Shown here: positions 9,487 to 18,888 of the stretch, in pieces
How the letters are laid out: each line of letters begins with the position of its first letter
How positions within the stretch are numbered: position 1 is the first letter of the stretch
Assembly: GCA_964545065.1 (NCBI GenBank)
Contig: CAZJEO010000002.1
Location: forward strand, 132,879 to 196,878
DNA from: Candidatus Woesearchaeota archaeon
Lineage (GTDB): Archaea; Nanobdellota; Nanobdellia; Pacearchaeales; GW2011-AR1
Length of the DNA: 64,000 bases
Direction of reading: 5' to 3'
Program-made: the position numbers and the translations under genes
Notes under the pieces: model-generated
The model's input: only the letters and a program-made list of their open reading frames with translations
Databases searched by the model: none
Told to the model about the DNA's origin: nothing

Positions 9487-9603
9487 TCAACCTAGGGCGT
9501 AAATAAAAGGTGATAATGCACTACTCTGTCCAAAGACTATTAATGCACCAACTATTAACAGCATAATCATTATTGGGTTGTATCAACAGAACTTTTGCCA
9601 CCC
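9487..9603 (-). pseudogene. Remnant of a DUF5989/SxtK-like small membrane protein gene
   Basis: The minus strand reads WWQKFC*YNPIMIMLLIVGALIVFGQSSALSPFIYALG*. The intact copy at 12378-12551 has ...WWLLPTIIMLLIVGALIIFGQSSALSPFIYALG*. The remnant carries an in-frame stop. Confidence 0.75.
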
Positions 9604-9684
9604 TATATCTCTAGGGAAAACCCTATTTAAGTTATACTAAACGGCAAAAGATAGTTTTTTATATGTGAGTTTATGTTAAAATAA

Positions 9685-9804
9685 ATGATATGTATAACGG
9701 GCGAGGTGCATGATGAAAAAGTTGCTAAATTTCTATCAAAATATGAATCTAAGAAAGTTTCTGAATTTGAATACAATGAAAAAATCAAATCTTATAAAGA
9801 ATGA
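9685..9804 (+). pseudogene. Internal-deletion derivative of the 6487-7293 deacetylase-like gene (39-codon in-frame mini-ORF)
   Basis: MICITGEVH matches MIYLTGDVH at 6487. It is fused in frame to EKVAKFLSKYESKKVSEFEYNEKIKSYKE*, which is identical to the last 30 codons of the full gene. Confidence 0.8.
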
Positions 9805-11166
9805 GAATATTTCAGTAAAAACCATGGATGATAAACAAAAGAGAAGAATCTTATTTATCTATCCTGCAAATGACGGTGAATCATTGGGGATAGAGTATCT
9901 TTCTGGGAGTCTTAGAAAAAGGGGGCATAAAACAGATTTAATCCTCTTTAGAGAAATTGAGGGGTTTGAAAGGGAATTAAAACAAAATATAAAAAGTTTT
10001 GACCCGGATTTTGTGTGCCTTTCTGTTGTTACAGACAATTATTCTTGGGCATGCAAGATATCAAGAATTATTAAAAAAGTAAAGGAAATTCCAATAGTTT
10101 TTGGAGGAATTCAAGTAACCTCCTGTCCTGAAGAAGTTATAAGTAATGATTTTGTAGATTACGCAGTCCTTGGAGAAGGGGAAGAAGCGATAGTCGAATT
10201 GGTTGAAAATCCTAAAAATCCAAACATAAAAAATGTCTGGTTTAAGAAAAATGGTAAAATAATTAAAAACAACTTAAGATCCTTAGTTCAAAATCTAGAT
10301 TTATTGTCTTTCCCAGATAAAGAACTTTTTTATAAAAAAACTCCTCACCTTAAGAATAATTATTGGTGCATAACTAGTAGGGGATGTCCTTTTGGGTGTA
10401 GTTATTGCTTTAATCACTATCTCAGAAAATTGTATGAGGGACAGAGATGGTTAAGGAGAAGGAGCGTTGAGAATGTTATTGAAGAGTTAAAGATAATGAA
10501 AGAGAAAGGGGGCTGTAAAAATGTGCTTTTTTTTGATGATTGTTTTACCTCTGATAAAGAATGGTTAAGAAAATTCATTAAAGAATATAAAAAAGAAATC
10601 AATCTTCCTTTTGAATCTATCTCTATTCCGATTTTTATTGATAAAGAAGTTGCTTCTCTTTTAAAAGAAGGAGGGTGTATAAAAGTCCAAATGGGTGTTC
10701 AGACGCCTATTGAAAGAATAAGAAAAGAAATATGCAAGAGAGGAGATACTAATGAAGATATTGAAATAGCAGTTAATGAACTTAAAAAACAAAAGATAGC
10801 GGTCTCATTAGATCACATATTTTCGTTGCCTTCTGAAAAAATAGAAGACTATGATGAGGGGTTAAAATTCTATATAAAACTTAAACCAACAATATTCAAA
10901 ATCTTTAAGTTGGGTTATTACCCCAATACAGAAATAATGAAGATAGGTAAAGAATATAAAACAATAGATGAAGAAACTGAAAAGAAAATCATTGGGGGGG
11001 ATTTTTCGTCGGGAATTATGCTGCATCGCAAAGAGGGAGAAAAGAAATTTGAAGAAATTTTTAAATTTATCCAATGGATTCCAATTTTTCCGAGAGGGTT
11101 TAGTAGATTTCTTCTTAGAACAAGGTTATATCGCAAAATTCCAAAAAATAAGTATATTACTAAAAT
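9715..11166 (+). repeat. Right copy of the 1452 nt identical direct repeat
   Basis: See the partner entry at 7204-8655. Confidence 0.85.
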
Positions 11167-11299
11167 TCCTATTTTAATTCCCAATTTTTATACAATAAAA
11201 TTAATGAGATGGTTTTTTGGGGTAAGAAAGACTAGAATGATAATAAAAATTAAATTATGCCAATCTAAATTGAAAAACATCTTCTTGAGAAATGGTTAA
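9824..11299 (+). CDS. B12-binding-domain radical SAM protein, copy B
   Basis: Translation is identical to copy A up to ...KYITKIPI, then diverges over the last ~45 aa. Offset from copy A is exactly 2511 nt. Confidence 0.8.
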   Translation: MDDKQKRRILFIYPANDGESLGIEYLSGSLRKRGHKTDLILFREIEGFERELKQNIKSFDPDFVCLSVVTDNYSWACKISRIIKKVKEIPIVFGGIQVTSCPEEVISNDFVDYAVLGEGEEAIVELVENPKNPNIKNVWFKKNGKIIKNNLRSLVQNLDLLSFPDKELFYKKTPHLKNNYWCITSRGCPFGCSYCFNHYLRKLYEGQRWLRRRSVENVIEELKIMKEKGGCKNVLFFDDCFTSDKEWLRKFIKEYKKEINLPFESISIPIFIDKEVASLLKEGGCIKVQMGVQTPIERIRKEICKRGDTNEDIEIAVNELKKQKIAVSLDHIFSLPSEKIEDYDEGLKFYIKLKPTIFKIFKLGYYPNTEIMKIGKEYKTIDEETEKKIIGGDFSSGIMLHRKEGEKKFEEIFKFIQWIPIFPRGFSRFLLRTRLYRKIPKNKYITKIPILIPNFYTIKLMRWFFGVRKTRMIIKIKLCQSKLKNIFLRNG

Positions 11300-11302
11300 A
11301 AA

Positions 11303-11428
11303 ATGAGGAAACTAAACTTCGGATGTGGAAAGGATATAATGGAAGGATGGGATAATTGTGGTATCCAAAAAGAAGCCCCCATTAGTTTTAATTTTAATTC
11401 TTTTTCTTACAAAAACAGGTATAATTGA
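11303..11428 (+). pseudogene. Truncated copy of the 8792-9280 methyltransferase (first 32 codons only)
   Basis: MRKLNFGCGKDIMEGWDNCGIQKEAPISFNFN, then the frame runs into the 3' end of the opposite-strand gene. This equals a 404 nt deletion relative to copy A. Confidence 0.8.
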
Positions 11429-12155
11429 TTGCTCCAAACAGTCCAAAATAAGAAGGGAATCTCATTGTAAATTTTTGTTTTTTAAGGAATTTTTTAAGGT
11501 CCTCTAAATTTTCTAGATTTCTTTCTACATCTTTTCCAAGTTTCTCTTCGCGATCAATAAGGAAATATTTAGAGATTAACCTCTTTAAATCATTTAATAA
11601 AAACATATGGGGATGACAAACATTAAATATACCCCCATTTACTTTTTTTGTAAATCCATATAATTTTGAAAGTGCCAAAAAAGAAGATTGATGAAAGTGA
11701 CCTTCAAAATAAAGTATTCCGTCATCTTTCAACACCCTTTTTGCTTCTTGCAAAATTTTTTCTGGATTCTTACAATGGTCTAACACATTTGCTAAAATTA
11801 TCACATCAAACATTTCGTCTTTATAGGGTAGGTTTTCTCCTGTTCCTTTTAAATAATTTGTTTCCTCGTAGTTTATTATTTTCCCAAATTTTTTAATATA
11901 AAAATCTGCTAAAGGGTCTATAGAATGCTTTTCTTTTACAAGAAGATGGTTGATTATATCATCAACAGCACAACCAACCTGCAAAACGCAAATATCCTTC
12001 TCCTTACCATACTTTAAAAGTTCATTGGTGAGATATTTTGATTTTTTTACATAATATTTTTGATGGTCTAGAATAAAAGATTCCTCTATTGAATCCCAAA
12101 GTCCTTTTTCTGCATTTTGTGCTTTATCAAATCGTTCTGTAGTTACTGTTTGCAT
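11394..12155 (-). CDS. Class I SAM-dependent methyltransferase
   Basis: Motif I VLQVGCAVDD, FDVIILANVLDH and LKDDGILYF motifs. Confidence 0.75.
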   Translation of the reverse strand: MQTVTTERFDKAQNAEKGLWDSIEESFILDHQKYYVKKSKYLTNELLKYGKEKDICVLQVGCAVDDIINHLLVKEKHSIDPLADFYIKKFGKIINYEETNYLKGTGENLPYKDEMFDVIILANVLDHCKNPEKILQEAKRVLKDDGILYFEGHFHQSSFLALSKLYGFTKKVNGGIFNVCHPHMFLLNDLKRLISKYFLIDREEKLGKDVERNLENLEDLKKFLKKQKFTMRFPSYFGLFGAINYTCFCKKKN

Positions 12156-12202
12156 CTTATATCTTAAACGCTCTCTTTTTTATTCTTTGCGATGGTTTAC
12201 CG

Positions 12203-12325
12203 TTATCTTAAATCTGTCTGAAATAAGTGTGGGAGTTCCACATTTTTTGGGAATATTCTTTCATAATAATCTAGAATCACTTGTCTTGAAAAATCAGTTC
12301 TGGTAGTAAAAAAGCATATCTTCAT
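12203..12325 (-). pseudogene. Fragment resembling the N-terminus of the 2743-3798 glycosyltransferase
   Basis: MKICFFTTRTDFSRQVILDYYERIFPKNVELPHLFQTDLR* compared with IKRICFFLGHYDHARQVIMSYYEKIFPKDVELFIV in the GT. Not in the ORF track (40 codons). Confidence 0.6.
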
Positions 12326-12377
12326 TTTGATAGGGAAAAACTATTTTTATATAGTTTTGTGTACTAAAATTATATAA

Positions 12378-12551
12378 TTAACCTAAAGCATAAATAAAAG
12401 GAGATAATGCACTGCTTTGCCCAAAAATAATCAAAGCACCCACAATCAAAAGCATAATTATTGTTGGAAGCAACCACCATTTTTTTCTTATTTTTAAAAA
12501 GTCCCAGAGTTCTCTTATTAAACCTCTGTTTTTAAGATTGTTTTCTTGCAT
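12378..12551 (-). CDS. DUF5989/SxtK-like small membrane protein (57 aa, below the ORF-track cutoff)
   Basis: My translation is MQENNLKNRGLIRELWDFLKIRKKWWLLPTIIMLLIVGALIIFGQSSALSPFIYALG*. I recall this family pattern as accompanying carbamoyltransferase genes. Confidence 0.7.
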   Translation of the reverse strand: MQENNLKNRGLIRELWDFLKIRKKWWLLPTIIMLLIVGALIIFGQSSALSPFIYALG

Positions 12552-12575
12552 GATACAATTACTAACTATAAAATG

Positions 12576-13820
12576 TTAATAAATGTTTTGTTTTCCTTCT
12601 TGAAATTTTTCGTATATTAATTGACCTGCTACATAATGCCCATTTTTATTCAAATGGAGGTCGGTAACAAAGTATAATAGAGTATTATTGTCAGAAACAT
12701 ATTCTTTAAATTTGGGAAGGAGATTTATCAATGCAATTTCATTACTCTCTGCGAAATTTGTTAATAAATCATATGGCTTAGACCAATTCAAAAAATTACC
12801 TTCTTTGTCTTTTATCTTGCTTTCATAAACTTCTTCTCTTCTAGGGATAATAATAATTATCAATTTAGCGTTGTTTTCTTGGGATATGTTTTTAATTTTA
12901 AGAAGATAGTTTAGAACTTCTTCTACTTCTTTTTTAGTTTCAGAACTATAATTATTCGCATAAATCCCCCCGTCTCGTTTTCCTTTATAAAAGTTCATTA
13001 GACTATTTCTAAAACTGTTTTTAAAAAGAATATATGTGTGAAGACGGAAAGATAAAAATAGATTTATCTTGTATAATTCTTCTCTAATAAAATCTTTTTT
13101 AATACTATACGTTCTTAATCTATTTTTTTCATCAACGTAATATTTTGTTGAAACTATTCTTTCCAATTCTCCATTTTCATCAAAATAATTAAAATTGTAT
13201 TTGTGGTCTTCAAAATCATTTACTATAGAAAACCCAATTAATACAATATCTGGATTCAATAATATTCCTTCCTTTTTAAGATAAAGATATTGGGTGTTGG
13301 GACTATCTCCTGATTTATACCCTGCATTTATTATCTCATATTTATTAATCCTTTCATTTATTTTTTTCTCAAAAACTTTATGATACGTTTCATTTAATTC
13401 AACACCAAATCCATGAGTATGAGAATCTCCAAGAACTAATATTCTTGTAATATTTTGCGATTTATTAATACTAAATTCCTTGTCCCGATAACCTAAGGAA
13501 TTATGTTTGATGGATACATTAAACTCTCCAAATTCATTGAAATGGTTAGTTTCAATAGAAGGTTTTATTTGCCAAGGAAGATAATCACTTTCATTATAAA
13601 AAGTTGAAGCCGCATTTGTAAATGTATATTTCAATATTGGTTGTGGAGCAAAGATTCTTAGAAAAATTTCAAAAAATAGAAAAAATAGAAAAATTACAAT
13701 AAATAATAACAATAAATTTTTTTTCAATTCTTTAGTTTTCTTTTCAGATGATTTTAATTTTTTTTGTTTTTTTACAGGGACAATAACCTTTCTGAACCTA
13801 ATCTCTTGCATTTTCTTCAC
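12576..13820 (-). CDS. SGNH/GDSL-type hydrolase or acyltransferase with an N-terminal membrane anchor
   Basis: Block I RILVLGDSHTHGFG, an N-terminal TM segment (LLLLFIVIFLFFLFFEIFL) and a late DLHLNKNGH block (DxxH-like). Confidence 0.65.
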   Translation of the reverse strand: MKKMQEIRFRKVIVPVKKQKKLKSSEKKTKELKKNLLLLFIVIFLFFLFFEIFLRIFAPQPILKYTFTNAASTFYNESDYLPWQIKPSIETNHFNEFGEFNVSIKHNSLGYRDKEFSINKSQNITRILVLGDSHTHGFGVELNETYHKVFEKKINERINKYEIINAGYKSGDSPNTQYLYLKKEGILLNPDIVLIGFSIVNDFEDHKYNFNYFDENGELERIVSTKYYVDEKNRLRTYSIKKDFIREELYKINLFLSFRLHTYILFKNSFRNSLMNFYKGKRDGGIYANNYSSETKKEVEEVLNYLLKIKNISQENNAKLIIIIIPRREEVYESKIKDKEGNFLNWSKPYDLLTNFAESNEIALINLLPKFKEYVSDNNTLLYFVTDLHLNKNGHYVAGQLIYEKFQEGKQNIY

Positions 13821-15556
13821 TACTCCAAATATCTTTTTTATTGTCCATTCGTTTTATTAAAAAATCTCCCATAACCAAATAATCTATTTCAGTTCCCATC
13901 ATACATTTATATGCGTCATGAGGAGTACACACTATTGGTTCTCCTCTAATGTTAAAAGAGGTATTTATTAAAATTGGAATTCCTGAAAGTTTTCCAAATT
14001 TTTTAATTAAATCATAATATAAATGGTTTTGGTTTCTTCTTATTGATTGTAATCTGCCTGAGCCGTCAACATGAGTCACAGAAGGTATTTTTTTATGCCA
14101 CTCTTTCCTAATTGGATAAACCATTAACATAAAATCTGTTGGCAACGGGATTGGCTCGTCGCATTCAAAATATTTTAAAGCATCATCTTCACACACAACA
14201 GGAGCAAAAGGTCTAAACTTTTCTCGATGTTTAACTTTTAAGTTCAAAATCTCTTGCATTTTTGGATTTGTTGCATTTGATAATATGCTCCTGCTTCCTA
14301 AAGCCCGTGGTCCCCATTCCATTTTTCCCTGAAACCAACCAACCACATTATTTTCATAGATTAATTTTGATGTTTTTTCAAGAAGATCTTTTTCATTTTC
14401 GAATTCTGAATATTTGATTTTATGCCTATCGAGAAAATTTCTTATTTGTTTTGTTGAATATTTTGGGCCAAGATAAGCATCTTGCATTTGATAACTTCTC
14501 TCATTACCTAAAATTGTATTATAGACATATAATGCAACACCCAAACTTGTTCCACCATCTCCAGGGTCTGGCTGAGCCCAGAAATTTTTAAAGGGGGTAT
14601 TTCTCAAGATTTTCCCGTTAGCTACACTATTTAACCCACAGCCACCAGCAAGAACAAGATTCTTGCATTTTGTTTCTTTATAAATATGGTTTAGTATTTT
14701 AAATAAAACTCCTTCATAAATCATTTGAAGAGCGGCTGCAATATCTTTGTGCCTTTGAGTTAGTTCTGACTCTGGTTTTCTTATTGGACCTGTGAGTAAT
14801 TTACATAATTTTTTAGAAGGCATTTTGTTCTTATGAGTATAATTAAAATAATCCATATTTAATCTAAAGCTTCCATCATTTTTTATGTCAAGAACTTTTT
14901 TCAATTTTTCATAATAAGGGTTTGTTTTTTTATTCATATTTCCATAAGGAGATAAACCCATAACTTTATATTCAGAATTATTAACACTAAAACCTAGATA
15001 AGCAGTAATTGTTGAGTATAATAAACCTAATGAACTCGGAAATTGTATCTCTTTGAGAAGATTAATTTTATTTTTTTTACCAATTCCATATGTTGTGGTT
15101 GTCCACTCCCCGACACCATCAATAGTTACTATTGCTGCTTTTTCAAACGGACTAATTAAAAAAGAACTGGCATGAGCTAAATGGTGTTCAATGAACAAAA
15201 CATCTTTTTTGTACTTCAATTTTTTTCGAATGATTTTAAGTATTCTCAATTTTTCATTGAACCAGTTTGGAAGATTGGAAAGGAATGTCTTATAACCCTT
15301 GGGGGAACATTTCCAGATTTTGATGCAAAACTCTTTCAAATTTCAATAAAGGTTTTTCATAAAATCCTATGTAATCTATCTCTTTTATCGTAATGCCTTG
15401 GGTTCTTAGACACCATTTTATGGCATTTTCAGGAAAAGAGATGTCATGTTTATTCCTGGTAAATCTTTCTTCTTGGGCTGCCGCTACAATTTTCCCGTCT
15501 TTTAAAAGTGCCGCAGATGAATCATGATAGAAACAACTTATTCCCAAGATATACAT
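13798..15556 (-). pseudogene. Carbamoyltransferase (NodU/CmcH/SxtI family) split by a +1 frameshift in a C5 run
   Basis: The N-terminal ORF (15290-15556) starts MYILGISCFYHDSSAALLKDGKIVAAAQEERFTR. The C-terminal ORF (13798-15339) continues KGYKTFLSNLPNWFNEKL...HHLAHASSF. Removing one G from the plus-strand G5 at 15301-15305 restores the frame. Confidence 0.8.
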
Positions 15557-15557
15557 T

Positions 15558-15803
15558 TTAAAACTGCCTATAATACTCCTCCAAAGGTCTTTTAGTTAAG
15601 TTTAATTCCGACCAATAACTATCTTTTCTTCTCATTTTTAAATCTAAAAAATGTTTTCCAAAAATTTTAGCAATAATTGAAGTTCCTCCAACACCTAAAA
15701 AATAAACAATACTCAATAATACTGAATTTATAATTACTGCAATATGCTCGCCAAAATCCTTCGAGCCGTTTTCAAAACCTATAAAAAAATCTTTAATTTT
15801 CAT
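15558..15803 (-). CDS. Small membrane protein resembling the C-terminal half of SxtJ-family proteins
   Basis: MKIKDFF...IIAKIFGKHFLDLKMRRKDSYWSELNLTKRPLEEYYRQF. ATGA overlap with the upstream ORF, and 1 nt before the carbamoyltransferase start. Confidence 0.5.
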   Translation of the reverse strand: MKIKDFFIGFENGSKDFGEHIAVIINSVLLSIVYFLGVGGTSIIAKIFGKHFLDLKMRRKDSYWSELNLTKRPLEEYYRQF

Positions 15804-16003
15804 TTTAATATTTTTTTCAGTACGAATCCAATTAAAAGTAATGTTAAAAGTATTGCAGCCACGTGTAAAAAACTCCATGTTGGAGGAATTTTATTCAGAT
15901 ATCTTAAAATAAAGTAAAGAAGAAAAGTTGAGATAATATACATAAATGAAAAACCTAAGATCTCACCGATTCTTTTTTCAATTAGAAAATTTTTATTACG
16001 CAT
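15800..16003 (-). CDS. Small two-TM membrane protein (possible N-terminal half of an SxtJ-like protein)
   Basis: Hydrophobic 67 aa ORF, translationally coupled to the next gene by an ATGA overlap. Confidence 0.4.
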   Translation of the reverse strand: MRNKNFLIEKRIGEILGFSFMYIISTFLLYFILRYLNKIPPTWSFLHVAAILLTLLLIGFVLKKILK

Positions 16004-16266
16004 GGAATAAATAAATTCTTATTATTTATAAGCTTTTTTCATATTGTCCTCCTGTCTAAAGCATAAAAAATTTGTTAAGACAATAAACTATAAAAACCCT
16101 TTTTCATAAATCTGAATAATATATACAGAATGTGTGTATTCAAAAGACCCAAATTGTTGGGGCAAAAACCTTTTGGTTCTAATGTTGGAATATCTTTAAA
16201 ATATTTGCAAATATTGAAAAAATAATTATTTTATAATTTCTTTTATTAAATTAAAATCCTCCTTTT

Positions 16267-17802
16267 TTAATCTTTGTTATGATTTCTTACTCTCTTGAAT
16301 TTATTTGATATAATTTCTTTAAATACTTGTACATCTTGTTTGTTTATTCCTTTTGTTAAAAACATTATTCCAAGATACAAGGTTAACGCTAAAATTAGTT
16401 CCAAGAGACCTAACAAAAGAGTCATGTCTCCTATCTGGTAATTTATGAATGAAATTACTGCAAAGAAAACTAAGGATGCTAAAATTGGTTTGATTATTGA
16501 GGTCCAATTGTATGACACACCTAATTCTTTTTTAACACCTATTGAAAGACTAAATAATAGAAAAAATCTGCTCATTATTGTCGCTATTGCTGCTCCTGCT
16601 ATTGCCCAGGCCATAGAAATGTTTAAGAAAAAACTAATAATAATTATATCGAGAAGTATATTTAAGATTAAGGAAATTGAAATTATCTTCGCTACAATCT
16701 TTGGTTTTTCTCTGGCAAATAAAAGTGCTTTTAAATTTTCAGTTATCGGAATTTCAAAGATTAAAAATGCAAGAAAAAACATCGGGAGAGCTGCGGGTAA
16801 ATATTCATATCCGTATATTGCCCTTAAAAAATATTTTCCTAAAGTAAGAATTACAAACACAAAAGGGATAGTTATTATACAAAGATGTCTGAAAATTTTG
16901 TTAAAGGCTCCTGACAAGTTTTCATGTTTCATTTTTGTGAAAATTGGTAGAAACAGGTTAGAAAATATTAAGATTCCAAAGAAACCCCCCACAATTAAAC
17001 CGGCTGCGGTATAATAGCCTATGTAAGAGGAGGTTACAAAAATACCGAGTATGATTAAATCAACATATCCAAAAAGAGTAGAAGATACAGAAGAAAAAAT
17101 TGTATTTTTTAAAAATTTTTTTACTCTCTTTTTATCTATTTCTTCTTTTGTTTTTTTAAAGAGATAATCAACTTTCTTCTTGAGGGAGAAATATAAAAAG
17201 ATGATACCTATTATGGAAGAAAGAATTAAAACAAAAATTGCAAGAGAGACTCTTGGAGCTATAAAATAAAATGCAAAGAAAATTAACAAAATCTTGAAAC
17301 CTTGCAAAATCACCTCTTTTATTGCTAGGTGTTTTAAGTTTCCTATGACAAAAAAGAAGGTTTCATAAAAATTGTGAAAAGATAATGTAACTATGTAAAG
17401 ACTGGAAAGAAGTAAGGGAACAAAGAGTGCAGGTTTATTAAAAATATAATTTGACAAAGGATATGCTATTATGAATAAAAAAATCATTGAAAAAAATGCA
17501 AACAATACTTTTATTTTAGATAAATAGTGGCGATAAGAAGCTGCTTTTTTCTTCTGATTTCTTCCAAGAGAATCTGATAAATATCTTGAAAGAGTTTGAT
17601 TAGTTCCAAGATTTGTTAAAGTTGTTATTAATAATACTATTGCTATTGATAAACTATAAATTCCAAATTTATCTGGTAAAAGGAGTCTTGCAACTAAGAT
17701 TGAAAATATAAGCCCCCCAAACTTTCCAATAGAAAGAGTTAGCATATTCCAAAAAGAATTTTTAATTACCTTATGAGTCAGTGGTTCTTCTTCTAAATCC
17801 AT
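16267..17802 (-). CDS. Polysaccharide/oligosaccharide flippase (MOP/Wzx-like)
   Basis: 511 aa polytopic membrane protein in the glycan locus, with an N-terminal SFWNMLTLSIGKFGGLIFSILVARLL pattern typical of polysaccharide biosynthesis proteins. Confidence 0.7.
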   Translation of the reverse strand: MDLEEEPLTHKVIKNSFWNMLTLSIGKFGGLIFSILVARLLLPDKFGIYSLSIAIVLLITTLTNLGTNQTLSRYLSDSLGRNQKKKAASYRHYLSKIKVLFAFFSMIFLFIIAYPLSNYIFNKPALFVPLLLSSLYIVTLSFHNFYETFFFVIGNLKHLAIKEVILQGFKILLIFFAFYFIAPRVSLAIFVLILSSIIGIIFLYFSLKKKVDYLFKKTKEEIDKKRVKKFLKNTIFSSVSSTLFGYVDLIILGIFVTSSYIGYYTAAGLIVGGFFGILIFSNLFLPIFTKMKHENLSGAFNKIFRHLCIITIPFVFVILTLGKYFLRAIYGYEYLPAALPMFFLAFLIFEIPITENLKALLFAREKPKIVAKIISISLILNILLDIIIISFFLNISMAWAIAGAAIATIMSRFFLLFSLSIGVKKELGVSYNWTSIIKPILASLVFFAVISFINYQIGDMTLLLGLLELILALTLYLGIMFLTKGINKQDVQVFKEIISNKFKRVRNHNKD

Positions 17803-17881
17803 AATTAGGGCATTAGAAATTGGTTTTTATTCTTTGTGTAACAAATGTAGTTAAATTTATAAGAACCATAGATTAAGTCTG

Positions 17882-18829
17882 ATGATGAGATTTTCATTAG
17901 TTATCCCTGTTGCTCTTTATAGAGATGCGGAAATACTGAAAAGCTTAGAGAAATTGGATTTTCCTAAAGAAGAATATGAAATTATTGTTAAACCAGGGCC
18001 AAATCCTTCTGAAAATAGAAACAAAGGTGTTGAAGAGGCTACAGGAGATATTGTGGTTTTCTTGGATGATGATGCTGTTGCTCATGAGGCCATTTTAAGA
18101 AATGCTGATAAATTTTTTAATGAACATCCTGAGATTGATATTGTTGGTGGGCCGCAGTTAACACCAGAGGATGATAAGGGATTTGCAAAAATTTCTGGTT
18201 ATGCTCTTTCTTCTAAGTTTGGTGGCTGGAGTACTTCTAATAGATATGGAAAGAAAGAATTGAACTTAGACGCAGATGATACTTATCTTACTACAGCAAT
18301 CATGTTTTGTAAGAAGAGTGTTTTTGATAAGATAAGGTTTGATGAAACATTGTTTCCAGGGGAAGATCCTAGGTTTATCATGGATGCAAAAAAAGAAGGT
18401 ATGAGAGTTGCGTATCACTCTGGTTTGATTGTTTATCATAGAAGACGTCCCACTATTAAGGCATTTGTAAAGCAGATTTTTAACTATGCAAAGGTTGTTC
18501 CTTCACGCCAATCTCCTCAAGAGGTATTAAAAAAGCCTTTTGTTCTGATTCCGAGTTTTTTTCTGTTATATCTTGTAGTTATGCTTGGAGGAATAATAAT
18601 AAATCCCGAAGTAGCAAAATACTTTTTTGGAATTTTTAGCAAAGATTTTAGCCTTGCTTCTATATTGTTTGTTCCTTCGCTTTTGTATCTTGCATTTGCA
18701 TTGGTTTTTTCATTTTATGAATCATTGAAAAATAGAGATTTAAGAGGAATTGTCTTTTTGCCGTTTATATTTTTGCTACTACATCTAACTTATGGCGCTG
18801 GAGTTATTTATGGATATGTTAAGGATTAG
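17882..18829 (+). CDS. Glycosyltransferase family 2 with C-terminal TM segments
   Basis: The FSLVIPV start, a DxD region VVFLDDDAV and C-terminal hydrophobic helices. Confidence 0.8.
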   Translation: MMRFSLVIPVALYRDAEILKSLEKLDFPKEEYEIIVKPGPNPSENRNKGVEEATGDIVVFLDDDAVAHEAILRNADKFFNEHPEIDIVGGPQLTPEDDKGFAKISGYALSSKFGGWSTSNRYGKKELNLDADDTYLTTAIMFCKKSVFDKIRFDETLFPGEDPRFIMDAKKEGMRVAYHSGLIVYHRRRPTIKAFVKQIFNYAKVVPSRQSPQEVLKKPFVLIPSFFLLYLVVMLGGIIINPEVAKYFFGIFSKDFSLASILFVPSLLYLAFALVFSFYESLKNRDLRGIVFLPFIFLLLHLTYGAGVIYGYVKD

Positions 18830-18888
18830 ATTCATTGTATGTTCTTTAGTTAAAGAAAACTTAAAAAGGACGCAGATTAAGAAAAGGT

